Positions 29,185 to 38,816 of a DNA stretch of 64,000 nt are shown in pieces. The first letter of the stretch is position 1; each line of letters starts with the position of its first letter. This DNA is from Chthonomonadales bacterium (lineage in GTDB: Bacteria > Armatimonadota > Chthonomonadetes > Chthonomonadales > CAJBBX01): the NCBI GenBank assembly GCA_037443035.1, contig JBBIPC010000002.1, positions 96,001 to 160,000 on the forward strand, in the 5' to 3' direction. Under the pieces are notes generated by a model that was not told the origin of the DNA, searched no databases, and saw nothing but the letters and a program-made list of their open reading frames with translations. The position numbers were made by a program, and so were the translations under genes.

Positions 29185-29634
29185 ATGAACGTCATCTCGC
29201 AGTCGACAGAGTACGCACTGCGCGCGCTTGTCTTTCTAGCGGCCAACAGAGAGCAGGCGTTACCAGCTTCGAAGATCTCCAAGCACACGGGAGTACCGGT
29301 GCACTATCTAGGCAAGGTTCTGAAGAATCTCGTGCGGACGGGCATTCTGAGGGCACGCCGAGGGCCGGGAGGTGGTTTCGCCTTCTCCTGCGCGCCGGAC
29401 TCCATTACCGTCCTCGACGTTGTCAATGCCGTGGATCCGTTAGAACATGTCCAGCGTTGTCCCCTCGGCCGCGACCCCCACGGCGGAATCTTGTGCCCGC
29501 TCCACCGACACCTCGAACAGGCCATCATCGGCATCGAGAACGCCTTTCGAGCAGCCACGATCGGCCAACTGGCCACCGAAATGGGACCGATTAGCCTCTG
29601 CCGGATCACCGACGAGGTACCTACAGATGCCTGA
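29185..29634 (+). CDS. Rrf2 family transcriptional regulator
   Basis: SQSTEYALRAL, YLGKVL..L, RRGPGGGF, ITVLDVVNAVD, CPLG...CPLH. Confidence 0.92.
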   Translation: MNVISQSTEYALRALVFLAANREQALPASKISKHTGVPVHYLGKVLKNLVRTGILRARRGPGGGFAFSCAPDSITVLDVVNAVDPLEHVQRCPLGRDPHGGILCPLHRHLEQAIIGIENAFRAATIGQLATEMGPISLCRITDEVPTDA

Positions 29635-29941
29635 CGTGCTGCATATCGTCTTGTTCAAGTGGAAGCCAGGTACTACACAGGACCAGCGAGACGAGATCCA
29701 CAGCGTTCTGCGCAGTCTAGAGAGCCGCATTCCTGGCATTCGGGAGATTCAGTGCGGCGAGAACTTCTCGGATCGCGCCCAGGGCTTCGAGACCGTGCTC
29801 GTGGTCCGTTTCGAGAGCCGGCAAGCCCTCGAGGACTATCTGCAGCATCCTGCGCACCGCGAAGTCGTTCAGCGGTACATTGCGCCCTCGCGGCAGGAGT
29901 CCATCGTCGCTGACATTGACGTCGAGGCAGCCCGAGTCTAG
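29627..29941 (+). CDS. Dabb (stress-responsive A/B barrel) family protein
   Basis: HIVLFKWK, IPGI, F.S...L..YLQHPAH; overlaps the Rrf2 3' end. Confidence 0.9.
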   Translation: MPDVLHIVLFKWKPGTTQDQRDEIHSVLRSLESRIPGIREIQCGENFSDRAQGFETVLVVRFESRQALEDYLQHPAHREVVQRYIAPSRQESIVADIDVEAARV

Positions 29942-32900
29942 CGTTTTCCTGCAGTCGAGGTGCTTTCGACGTCAGGCACAAACAGCATTTCGTGGACCTG
30001 GACCTTGCCAGTCTCGGGCTGGAGAGAGACGACGCACTCTTCCGGCTTGTCATCCGCTGATCCAATGTGCAGCATGACCCATGTGGCACCTCCGTCTGGC
30101 AGCAGTACTGTCTCTGAAGGGCCGTCTCCAGCCACGATCTGAACCACGTTTCTCTCGCCAGACACTTTCAGGTAGAGCTTGCCTTGCTGTCCTGCAGGGA
30201 TCTCGAGGGCAATGCGTACCTCGTCGGCATCCGCCCAACCTGAGGATCTTCCTCGGGCCGTAACCGCGGCCCGCACGGTATACGAGAACCCCTCCTTGCG
30301 CGTGACCACTATGTCGGTTTCCGGCGACCACTCCGCCACCGCATCTCCTGTTGCCAAGCCACCCGCACGAACCCACAGCGAGGCTTGCGAAGGATCCGGT
30401 GACCGTGCACTGATCGTATCGTCGCTGTCTCCGAGACGGAATACGCGCGCAAGGTCTTCCTGGAAGATCTCTTGCGGAGGCACGAAGGAATCGGACGCCG
30501 CATAGTCCAGCAGGCTCTTCAGCAGTTGCCGGGCCTCATGGCGAACCCCGATATCGGATACGAGGTCGAGAGAACACGCCAGGAGCCTCCCGCCAAGCAC
30601 CCGGCATTCCATCAGCAGGGCCAGAGGGAGGTTCCGGGTCGGTCGGTCAATGCCCGCGACCAGACACACCGACGCGGGTACACCCGCGGGCAGGACTACC
30701 GCACGGGATCGCGACAGCAGATCGTACCATTGCGGTTCAGCCCAGTCCCTCGTTGGAAACCCCCGCAAGGCCGGATGGCGTGGGTCGCACACCACTCCGA
30801 CCATGCCTTGGTCGGCCATGTTGCCGCCAAAGGCAAGAGAGGACGGTACGGACCAGCGGATGGAACTGGTCTCGGCTAGTAGTACCACCCTGCCGCCAGC
30901 GCGCAGCGTCTCCAGTGCTCGCGTGTTCAGACGAGTAGCGACGTACACGCCTTCCGCGAATGCCCCCTCATCTTCGGACGAGTAGACCCATAGAGGCCAT
31001 TCGGCCTTCGCAGCTGTACCGTTCACGGACACAATCAGACCTAACCGCGCTGGAGGCTTCACGTGAGACAGTGGGACGACGATGCGACCAGCGCGTGTCA
31101 CGGCTCCACGCTCTATCCTTGGAAGCTGGAAGGATCCTTCGGCTACCACCGCATCAGCGCTCCGCAACGACCAGGAGACGGGGACTTGCTCCAGAGCCTG
31201 CGCCCCGAAATGACATAGAGCCACCTCCGCCTCGAAGGTCTCCGTTGTCGAGTACCTATGGCGGGCGCCAACGAGAAGCGGCACCACGTCGGAACACCAC
31301 TGCCGCATCTCCTCCGGAGTAACGATGCCGGTCTCATCCCAGAATATGTCCAGAGCTCCCATGCCGCCTTGCATCCACGAGAGACCCCCTACGAAGCCCG
31401 CAAGGTGATATCCCGCCAGGGCGCCGCTGGCCAGGAGGCGTTCCACCGAAGCCCTGCAGAACTCCCAGTCGGTGCGAGCCGCGGACCTGGCCATCGTTGC
31501 CGCTTTGTCCGCCAGTCCGCGCTTGCCCAGCGAATCTTGGAGGCGCACCAGCCCCGTGGCACGAAGAACGCCTGTGTGTTTCGGTATGGAGCTGACGTCG
31601 GGGAAGCCTCCTCGCAGCCCCACCTCGTGAGCAATGACGGGTAGTGGTACTTTTCTGTTGCCGTACATCTCTGCGGAGGTCTCATTAGCGTCAGGCTTCA
31701 CCGGCACGGGTACGATAGCGAAGTCGTCCGCTGCAGTAGGCATGCCTCCTGTCGAGGCGGCATAGAGGTGTCGCGGATCCACGGATTTCAACTCGTGTAG
31801 GATGGTTTCGGCGTAAGTAGCGCTGCCGCCCAGGACTGCACCGAGCGTGAAGAGCGCGAAGGAAGGATGGTTGCCGTAGTTTCGCACAATCCGGAGTGTC
31901 TCGTCATGCACGAAGCGATCTCGCGCAGGAACCTGGCCGAGGTCCCGCCCACGAAACGGTGCTTCCACGAGCAGAAGAATGCCGACGGCGTCTGCTGCCT
32001 CGAACGCAGCGGCAGGAGGGCACCACGTTTCGAATCGCACGTGATTCAGCCCATATTGTTTCGCCTTCGTAAAGAACTTCCGCCAGGCCGCAGCAGACGT
32101 TGGCGGGTATCCGGAACGTGGGAATACCGCCCGATCCACTGCACCTCTCAGAAGAACGGGGAAGTCGTTCAGGAGGAACCGGCCGTTCTCAGCTCTGAAA
32201 GACCGGAGAGCCGTAGGCGTTTCGCAGCTGTGGACCCACGTGGTCCGGCCATCGGTTGCTTCGAGATCCGTTCGGATGGTGTAGACCTCAGGATCTTCTG
32301 TACTCCAAGAACGCGCATTAGCGCCAAGCGGTAAGGTGCATGTCACCCAAGCGAAGCCCTGTCCGACATTGCCTGCTGTCCGCGTAACAACCGCAGCCAT
32401 CGAGGATCGAGGAGCGTTCGCCGTATGCAGGAGCTTCACGGACACCCGCCTGCCCGTGAGGTTGCCTATGCGCGTCCGCACGGTGATGCTCTTGCTGGGA
32501 ACGCTTGGGAGATTCTGGACTTCCTCGATCCAGACCCTTGCCGTGCCGTGCAGTTCTATCCGACCGACGATGCCGTTCCAGTTCGTCTGCGTTTCCTCGG
32601 ATACAGCATTGCATAGCTCCCCGAGGTCGAGCTCGAGCCTGTTGTCTACCCGGATCGTGAGCCGATGCGTGCCGGGGGTGGCCATGTTGGTCAGGTCGTA
32701 GACGTGAGGAGACGATAGGCTGTTCTGGGAGCCCACAGAGCGTCCGTCCAGCCAAACTCTCGTCTCCCAGTGACAACGCTCCAGGAACAGGGTGACGCGG
32801 CGTCGGCGCCATGCGTAGGGCACCGCAATATCGCGCTGGTACCATGCTGGGCCGACGTAGGGAAACACGCGGGAGCGCAGGCTGCGGACCGGCATACTGG

Positions 32901-33222
32901 GGCTGCCCATGCCGTAGCGACCCGTGTCTGTGCTACCGGGAAGTCTGATACGATCCGGCAAGCGTGTCTGCCACACCCTGTCGGCAACTCCGCGGTCTTG
33001 TGCGTCTAGCAGGAAACGCCACTCGCCAGCGAGATCTAATACCCGGCCAGTGGTAGCCGGCGACACTGGCTGCCCAGCAGCGGAACGCCCTCCGGCGACC
33101 GCAAGGATCATGACCGCCAAGCACAGGTACATCCATGGCCACGTCAACCCCGCGATCCGATCTGGCCTCGTGGCGCGGCACATCGCAACGACAGTTGCCC
33201 TCAACCCGTATCCGGAGGTCAC
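29938..33222 (-). CDS. Secreted GH2-like glycoside hydrolase (catalytic motifs degenerate)
   Basis: DLAGEWRF, AWYQR, LFLERCHW, NWNGIVGRIEL, GLNHVRF..WCPP, NHPSF; the expected NE after NHPSF....G reads AV. Confidence 0.8.
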   Translation of the reverse strand: MTSGYGLRATVVAMCRATRPDRIAGLTWPWMYLCLAVMILAVAGGRSAAGQPVSPATTGRVLDLAGEWRFLLDAQDRGVADRVWQTRLPDRIRLPGSTDTGRYGMGSPSMPVRSLRSRVFPYVGPAWYQRDIAVPYAWRRRRVTLFLERCHWETRVWLDGRSVGSQNSLSSPHVYDLTNMATPGTHRLTIRVDNRLELDLGELCNAVSEETQTNWNGIVGRIELHGTARVWIEEVQNLPSVPSKSITVRTRIGNLTGRRVSVKLLHTANAPRSSMAAVVTRTAGNVGQGFAWVTCTLPLGANARSWSTEDPEVYTIRTDLEATDGRTTWVHSCETPTALRSFRAENGRFLLNDFPVLLRGAVDRAVFPRSGYPPTSAAAWRKFFTKAKQYGLNHVRFETWCPPAAAFEAADAVGILLLVEAPFRGRDLGQVPARDRFVHDETLRIVRNYGNHPSFALFTLGAVLGGSATYAETILHELKSVDPRHLYAASTGGMPTAADDFAIVPVPVKPDANETSAEMYGNRKVPLPVIAHEVGLRGGFPDVSSIPKHTGVLRATGLVRLQDSLGKRGLADKAATMARSAARTDWEFCRASVERLLASGALAGYHLAGFVGGLSWMQGGMGALDIFWDETGIVTPEEMRQWCSDVVPLLVGARHRYSTTETFEAEVALCHFGAQALEQVPVSWSLRSADAVVAEGSFQLPRIERGAVTRAGRIVVPLSHVKPPARLGLIVSVNGTAAKAEWPLWVYSSEDEGAFAEGVYVATRLNTRALETLRAGGRVVLLAETSSIRWSVPSSLAFGGNMADQGMVGVVCDPRHPALRGFPTRDWAEPQWYDLLSRSRAVVLPAGVPASVCLVAGIDRPTRNLPLALLMECRVLGGRLLACSLDLVSDIGVRHEARQLLKSLLDYAASDSFVPPQEIFQEDLARVFRLGDSDDTISARSPDPSQASLWVRAGGLATGDAVAEWSPETDIVVTRKEGFSYTVRAAVTARGRSSGWADADEVRIALEIPAGQQGKLYLKVSGERNVVQIVAGDGPSETVLLPDGGATWVMLHIGSADDKPEECVVSLQPETGKVQVHEMLFVPDVESTSTAGKR

Positions 33223-33224
33223 TC

Positions 33225-34427
33225 CTATCGCCGCGGCGCCCTCGGTGCCGGAAACTCGGCAGCCCTGATGTTGCGGAAGCTCAGGTTCGTCGTGGGATCA
33301 TGTCCCTGAATGCTGATCACTCCTGGTTCCGTCCTGGCTCCACGACGGGCGTTGGTCTGGTCAAGGGGACGGGTATCCGTAAAGTCCGTTACCTGATAGC
33401 CGTTGACCCATGTGGCCATGTGCGTTCCCCGGGCCACGAGCGTCAGAGTGAACCATTCCCGATCGGTGGACACGACCTTGCGGGCAGGTTGCCGGTTGTA
33501 GATTCCACCTGTGCCGAAGTCCACAGGATCGGCGCGGTTCTCCCCATTCCACTGATTGCGAATCTGCACCTCGTATCCGCTCCAGAAGCCCCCAGGGTTC
33601 GCCCGGAAGAAGATGCCACTGTTCAGGTGATCTCCATGCGAGATGGCATCCATCTGGAGGACGAAATCGCCGAGGCTCTTCTCGGTTTGCAGATCCCCGC
33701 GGCCATTCCGTACATTGAGCCAACCTTCCTTCGTTACGGAGTAGGTCGCCTGGGTTCCCTCGACCACCTTCCAACCGGAGAGATCCTTGCCATTGAAGAG
33801 AGGCTGTAAGCCGAGCGGTTGCAGCTTGATTTTCCTGAAGCGCATCGTGCCTGACCCGCCGTAGACTAGAGCTATGCAACCGGCGTTCAAGGCTTCGTGG
33901 GTGAGCCGCGCGGCCGGCCGGCCATCCACTCTGACCCGGATCTGCCTTCCCTCGCAGCGCACCTCCATGGCGGTCCAGTGGCCAGCAGTGGCACCGCGGT
34001 ACTCGCTCTTCACCTGACCGGCGATAGAACCCGTGGGCCAGAGCGGATGACCATCGCTGATCTTGACCATATAGCTGTTGGTATCGGTGACGGGTCCTGC
34101 AGCGGGTGCTCTGACGGCGACGCCACCGTTCGCGTCCTCGTCTGCCCAGAACTCAAGCGTGAGCGTGAAGTTCGCGAACTGGGAGGTCGTTACCAGTGCA
34201 CCGACACCACCGCTGGAGACTTGCAGAACATCGCCTGCCACCCCCCACTTGGCATCGCCTTGCGTCGCCCACCCGAAACTCGTCTCTCCATCGAACAGAG
34301 CGATCCATCCTTGGTTGATCTCCTCAGGTCTGAGGATGCGCGGCTGAGCCGGCTGCGCGTTCGACGCAATAGCAATGTACGCGGCGATAACCATCGTCAC
34401 GAACACGTGAGACCCTGAAGCCCTCAT
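33225..34427 (-). CDS. Secreted tandem DUF1080 (3-keto-disaccharide hydrolase/lyase) protein
   Basis: Two repeats starting LFDGET..GW and LFNGKDLSGW; second has NSGIFFR, YEVQI, ISIQGHD, FRNI. Confidence 0.88.
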   Translation of the reverse strand: MRASGSHVFVTMVIAAYIAIASNAQPAQPRILRPEEINQGWIALFDGETSFGWATQGDAKWGVAGDVLQVSSGGVGALVTTSQFANFTLTLEFWADEDANGGVAVRAPAAGPVTDTNSYMVKISDGHPLWPTGSIAGQVKSEYRGATAGHWTAMEVRCEGRQIRVRVDGRPAARLTHEALNAGCIALVYGGSGTMRFRKIKLQPLGLQPLFNGKDLSGWKVVEGTQATYSVTKEGWLNVRNGRGDLQTEKSLGDFVLQMDAISHGDHLNSGIFFRANPGGFWSGYEVQIRNQWNGENRADPVDFGTGGIYNRQPARKVVSTDREWFTLTLVARGTHMATWVNGYQVTDFTDTRPLDQTNARRGARTEPGVISIQGHDPTTNLSFRNIRAAEFPAPRAPRR

Positions 34428-34572
34428 GACAAACCCTCCTGCACGATCGCACGAACCTTTCGGCGCCAGTCACCTCGCTCCTGCTCCATCTGCCGGACGA
34501 TGCATTTCCGCAGGACTTCGGCGCTTCCGCACCGAATCAACACGCGAAATATCGTCGCCAAGGAGTGATTCT

Positions 34573-37500
34573 GTGCGCCCCCTCATTGTCCAGCCATTGT
34601 GGATACCACCGGCCGCTGCGGTCTGGTTCCTGGTGGCCACGCTCGCATTCCCTACCAGTGCCGACGCCAAGGAGAGTCCGACGATGCAAGGACGACCGCC
34701 CGAACTCCTCTACAAAGGGGAGCTTGTCGCTTTCCCCGGACCCTGGGCCTTCCAGATCGGACGTGCCCATATCATACTCGTCAGCGACCAAGAGCTGAGG
34801 GACTTGTCGGACCCCGATAAGGTCCTCGACCTATCGCTCACCTTCGACAAGCACACCGCAAGCTTGCGCCAGATCTGTGAACGCGCTCAGGCTGCGGGCC
34901 AACGTACCCTGATCCTGGCGTTCGACCATTTCTTCAGCCAGTACCGTCCTGGGCAGCACAAACCGCGCGAGCTCACGCCGGACATGGACGAGTATATCCA
35001 GCGAATCGCTGCCATCAGCAAGTTCGCTCAGCAATACGGCCTGGGGCTCGAACTAAGTCTGCTGAGTCCCTTGGAGATAGGACCGGCATACTCCAGAGAG
35101 ACGGGCGAAAGTGGCGTCTGGATGCACTATCGCAAGGGAGTGCGCGACCCTGCCACAGGCGCATTCAGCGTCCAGCTCTGGCGCCAGCGCCAATGGGCCC
35201 ATAACAAGGGGGTTGTTGCCATCGAGGACGCCGGGGTGCGCGTTTTCGCGTTCCGAGAACAAGCCGTAAGCGGTACTCCTTACCGCGTTGTGCCTCCTGC
35301 GAGCCTGGTAGAGATAACGGACGTGGCCCAGGTAGAGGCCATGGATGACGCCGCGGCAGACCGTCCCATGAACCGCATCCGCGTCTTCGGAAGGGGGAAG
35401 ACGGATATCGGCCCCCTGAATCGGGTCCTCGTTGTACAGCAGTACAAGACACCCGAGATGGATTACTTCAGCCCTAGGGCGCTTCCGTATCTGAAGTCTC
35501 TCGTGGACAAGTATGCCAGGGCTGGAGTGAAGCTCCATGGTCTCTATGCCGACGAGATGCACATCCAACAGGACTGGAACTACTTCGGTCATCACGAGAA
35601 CGGCGAGTTCGCCATGCGCTACGTCAGTCCTGGTCTGGCCCAACGCTATGCCGAGCTGTACGGCGCCGAGTACGCCGATTTCGCGCGCTACATGATCTAC
35701 TTCGCCTACGGACAGGAGGACTGGTCATCGGACGTCAACGCGAAGGAGCATGTCATGCACGTGTTCGGACCATCGCCGGAGGACATTCGCCGAACCGCTC
35801 TGTTCCGAGCACGGTATTACCGGCTCTTGCAGGACACCGTGACAGACCTCTTCACTTCGGCCAAGCACCACGCTGAGCAGGCGATGGGCCACCGCCTGGA
35901 GTCCCGGGCCCACGCGACATGGGCCGAAAGCCCCACCATCGATCGTTGGCGCACCGGCCGGGAGAACATGTTCCGGCACTCCTACGAGTACACGAGCAAC
36001 TTCGTCTGGTCCAACACCGTCCATCAGGCTGCGTCCGCGTGCTATGACTACTTCAAGTGGGGCGACTTCCTCACGGGTAACGGCAACGACCACGCCGAAG
36101 GGGGCTGGCTGGACCGCAACTACTACGCCATGGCCCTTGCCTGTTCCACGGGCATTCTGAATGAAGTCCCCTACTCGTACGCTGCACACTGGGGCATGCC
36201 TGATGCTATCTCCCATCGGCGCACTGCCCTCCAGACCGTCTTCGGCGCCGCCGGTTCGCCGCTCTACGGCCTTGTGCAGGACATGCAGCACCGTGACGTG
36301 GACGTTCTCATGCTCTATCCCATGGATCTCGTAGCTGTCGAGGAACGATTCGGGAGCTGGATGACCCAGTATGGCTACGCCAACTTCATCTCCCAGGACA
36401 AGCTCGTGGAGATGGGCAAGGTGGTCAACGGAGCCATCGAGGTCGGAGGACGTCGCTTCAGCACGATTGTCGCTACGTTCGAGCCGTTTCCCACGGAACG
36501 GACGCTCGCGATTCTGCGTGAGATGCTGGCCCAGGGCGGTCGCGTGATCTGGTCCGGACCGCCACCGGTCTTGAGTCGAGAGGGGAAGTCCGTACTGACT
36601 ACGTGGTGCGATATGTTCGGTGTGGACTACGCTCCAGGTCCGGAGGAGGGGTTCATGGCCCCTGGCCGAATCATCCAATTCACCGGCTCGCTCGCCAGCG
36701 TCTCTCCCCAGACGGTGCTCACGGACTTCCTGGTGGACCACATCTATCCCGTAACTCCACGCGAGAAGACAGAGATCGTGGCGACTACCCCAGCCGGCGT
36801 CGTGGGCACCGTGAGAACGGCACCCAACGGAGGACGAGCTGTGTTTCTGGGGTTCAGACCTCGTGACGACCAATCGAAGAGCTTGGGCTACGAAGTCGCT
36901 ACGTGGTTCGAGATACTGAACGCATTTGGAGCGTACAGCCCATCCGGGAAGTTCGCCGGTATCAACGATAACACGGAGTACCTCTCCCGCACGACTCCCT
37001 ACCTGTTCAGCCGTTTCCCGAATGGCGCTGTATCGGTGGCGCCTCACTTCCGAGACGTCGCAGAGGACTGGGAAGGCGGCTTCGCGCGCAATCGCGAGCG
37101 GGATGCCGAGGCCATGAAGCGGATCACGCTACCATCAGATGAGATCCACCTGAAAGATCAGCGTGTGAACGGTCATCGGGTGACCTTCGATGGAACGTGG
37201 GCTATGGCGTTCCGCTTGGGCAGACGATCTTCTCCATCTGGGGCCGAGGAACCATACCTGGAAGCATTCGCGGGTAGCGGGTGCAAGGGCATCACTGTAG
37301 ATGGTGTAGAGTACGTCTTCGCGGAACAGCCGGTTGGGCAGGTAGCCTGGGCGCCGGTTCAACGGGAGCGACGGGTGCCGGGAGGCGCCGTCCTGCAGAT
37401 CATGCTCTACGGTTCCGGCAAGCTGCGGATCCCAATCTCAACTAGGGCCAGGACCGTCAAGCTCTATGCCGAGGGGCCTAAGCCCGGTTCGAAAGGCGCG

Positions 37501-37590
37501 GAGGTACCCGCCCAGCTCCAAGACGGCACGCTGGTATTCGAGGTGATGCCTCAGTTCTCGGGTCGCTGGCTCTATGCTGTGGAGCTCTAG
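34573..37590 (+). CDS. Large secreted hypothetical protein, probably glycoside hydrolase-like
   Basis: About 1005-aa ORF with signal-like N-terminus (GTG behind AAGGAG); aromatic-rich core (DYFSP, YADEMH) and a GATase/trimerisation-like segment (QGGRVIWSGPPP). Confidence 0.55.
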   Translation: MRPLIVQPLWIPPAAAVWFLVATLAFPTSADAKESPTMQGRPPELLYKGELVAFPGPWAFQIGRAHIILVSDQELRDLSDPDKVLDLSLTFDKHTASLRQICERAQAAGQRTLILAFDHFFSQYRPGQHKPRELTPDMDEYIQRIAAISKFAQQYGLGLELSLLSPLEIGPAYSRETGESGVWMHYRKGVRDPATGAFSVQLWRQRQWAHNKGVVAIEDAGVRVFAFREQAVSGTPYRVVPPASLVEITDVAQVEAMDDAAADRPMNRIRVFGRGKTDIGPLNRVLVVQQYKTPEMDYFSPRALPYLKSLVDKYARAGVKLHGLYADEMHIQQDWNYFGHHENGEFAMRYVSPGLAQRYAELYGAEYADFARYMIYFAYGQEDWSSDVNAKEHVMHVFGPSPEDIRRTALFRARYYRLLQDTVTDLFTSAKHHAEQAMGHRLESRAHATWAESPTIDRWRTGRENMFRHSYEYTSNFVWSNTVHQAASACYDYFKWGDFLTGNGNDHAEGGWLDRNYYAMALACSTGILNEVPYSYAAHWGMPDAISHRRTALQTVFGAAGSPLYGLVQDMQHRDVDVLMLYPMDLVAVEERFGSWMTQYGYANFISQDKLVEMGKVVNGAIEVGGRRFSTIVATFEPFPTERTLAILREMLAQGGRVIWSGPPPVLSREGKSVLTTWCDMFGVDYAPGPEEGFMAPGRIIQFTGSLASVSPQTVLTDFLVDHIYPVTPREKTEIVATTPAGVVGTVRTAPNGGRAVFLGFRPRDDQSKSLGYEVATWFEILNAFGAYSPSGKFAGINDNTEYLSRTTPYLFSRFPNGAVSVAPHFRDVAEDWEGGFARNRERDAEAMKRITLPSDEIHLKDQRVNGHRVTFDGTWAMAFRLGRRSSPSGAEEPYLEAFAGSGCKGITVDGVEYVFAEQPVGQVAWAPVQRERRVPGGAVLQIMLYGSGKLRIPISTRARTVKLYAEGPKPGSKGAEVPAQLQDGTLVFEVMPQFSGRWLYAVEL

Positions 37591-37626
37591 GCCCTAAGCG
37601 CGGTTTGCCCTAAGTAGGCGATTCTC

Positions 37627-37648
37627 GGGGGCACGGTGGAGTGCCCCC
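37627..37648. terminator. Hairpin between convergent genes
   Basis: GGGGGCAC-GGTGGA-GTGCCCCC perfect 8-bp stem. Confidence 0.55.
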
Positions 37649-37661
37649 TCTCACCATGAGG

Positions 37662-37946
37662 CTACTGGAGGTTCTTCGGCGTGGCATTGACCCACTGGTT
37701 GGGTGTCGTCGCCGGGTCTTGCTCGCCAACCCAACGGCAGTACACGGCCTCCACATTGCCGTTGCTCCATGCGCGGTAGAGGTACTTCTGATCCAAGGCG
37801 ATGGCAACGACGTGCGGAGGTGATCCCTGGGACCCCTGGGCCATAGCTGGCGGCGAAAACGTCCTGACGAGGTCAACGGCCAAATGGACAGCCAGAAGAA
37901 CGGCTATCAGGGCAAGAAGCGGTCTCAATGCACGGTCGGTCTGCAT
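37662..37946 (-). CDS. Small membrane-anchored or secreted hypothetical protein
   Basis: ATG behind GGGAG RBS; hydrophobic N-terminal helix (LLALIAVLLAVHL) followed by a short beta-rich domain. Confidence 0.65.
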   Translation of the reverse strand: MQTDRALRPLLALIAVLLAVHLAVDLVRTFSPPAMAQGSQGSPPHVVAIALDQKYLYRAWSNGNVEAVYCRWVGEQDPATTPNQWVNATPKNLQ

Positions 37947-38045
37947 AGCATTCTCCCTTCGGTCGGGCGACCCATTCCACCTGACCATTCTATTCGACCC
38001 ATCCTCTGACGGACACGTGCGTTGGGCAAAGAGCGCACGCAGCTT

Positions 38046-38708
38046 CTAGGCGACCTCGTCCGCTGCCCCATCACGTACCGTCCTACCGATGTACCTGTCC
38101 AGCTCGGCTTTCTCTTGGCGGGTCAGGTGCCTTCCTCCGCCGAGCTGCCGTACCATGAGCGTCAGCCTCGCCGCTTCCTCCAATAGCTCCATGCGGACGA
38201 AAGCCTGCAGCAAGCTCGCGCCAGTCGTGACCGCGCCGTGGTTCTCCAGCAGAACGCACGTGCTTTCCGCCACGGCATTGGCAACAGCTTCGGCCAGATC
38301 CACCGACCCTGAACGCATGTAGGAAACCCTCACCGGAGGATCCACGAGCGCATACGTTTCGCAGGCCAGATCCAGCTCGATGGGCACCTGCGCGGTTGCG
38401 AATGCACTGACGCACGTGGGATGGGCATGGATGACAGCGCGCACCTGCGGGTAGGTCGTGTAGACGAGCTGGTGCATGACCATCTCGGAGCTGGGGGCAA
38501 TCTCGGGCGTCAGATTCTGCCCCTGCGTCGTAAGTACCGCCACATGCCGAGCGTGCATGGTCGCCTTGTCGTACGCACCAGGCGTGATGACGAATACGTC
38601 TTCCTCGCATCGCAGGGAAACGTTGCCGCCCGAGGTGGTCGTCAGGTGTCGTGCATAAAGCCTACGGAGCGTGGACGCTACGCAGCGCCGCTCGTACTCG
38701 TATTCCAT
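38046..38708 (-). CDS. Class II aldolase/adducin family protein
   Basis: GGNVSLR, ITPG, PSSE..MH, VIHAHP, LENHG. Confidence 0.92.
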   Translation of the reverse strand: MEYEYERRCVASTLRRLYARHLTTTSGGNVSLRCEEDVFVITPGAYDKATMHARHVAVLTTQGQNLTPEIAPSSEMVMHQLVYTTYPQVRAVIHAHPTCVSAFATAQVPIELDLACETYALVDPPVRVSYMRSGSVDLAEAVANAVAESTCVLLENHGAVTTGASLLQAFVRMELLEEAARLTLMVRQLGGGRHLTRQEKAELDRYIGRTVRDGAADEVA

Positions 38709-38816
38709 AACGCTCTCCGTACGAACTTCACCATCACGAGCGACGACGCGTGCCTCCCCCGAGAGCGACCCTCACGCGACCGCGCTAGACTTGTGTCCGT
38801 GCGAGTTGTCGTAGCC

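Noticed and set aside
35725..37047. 440-aa minus-strand ORF
   Set aside because: Antisense to the ~1000-aa plus-strand gene; no protein-family features.
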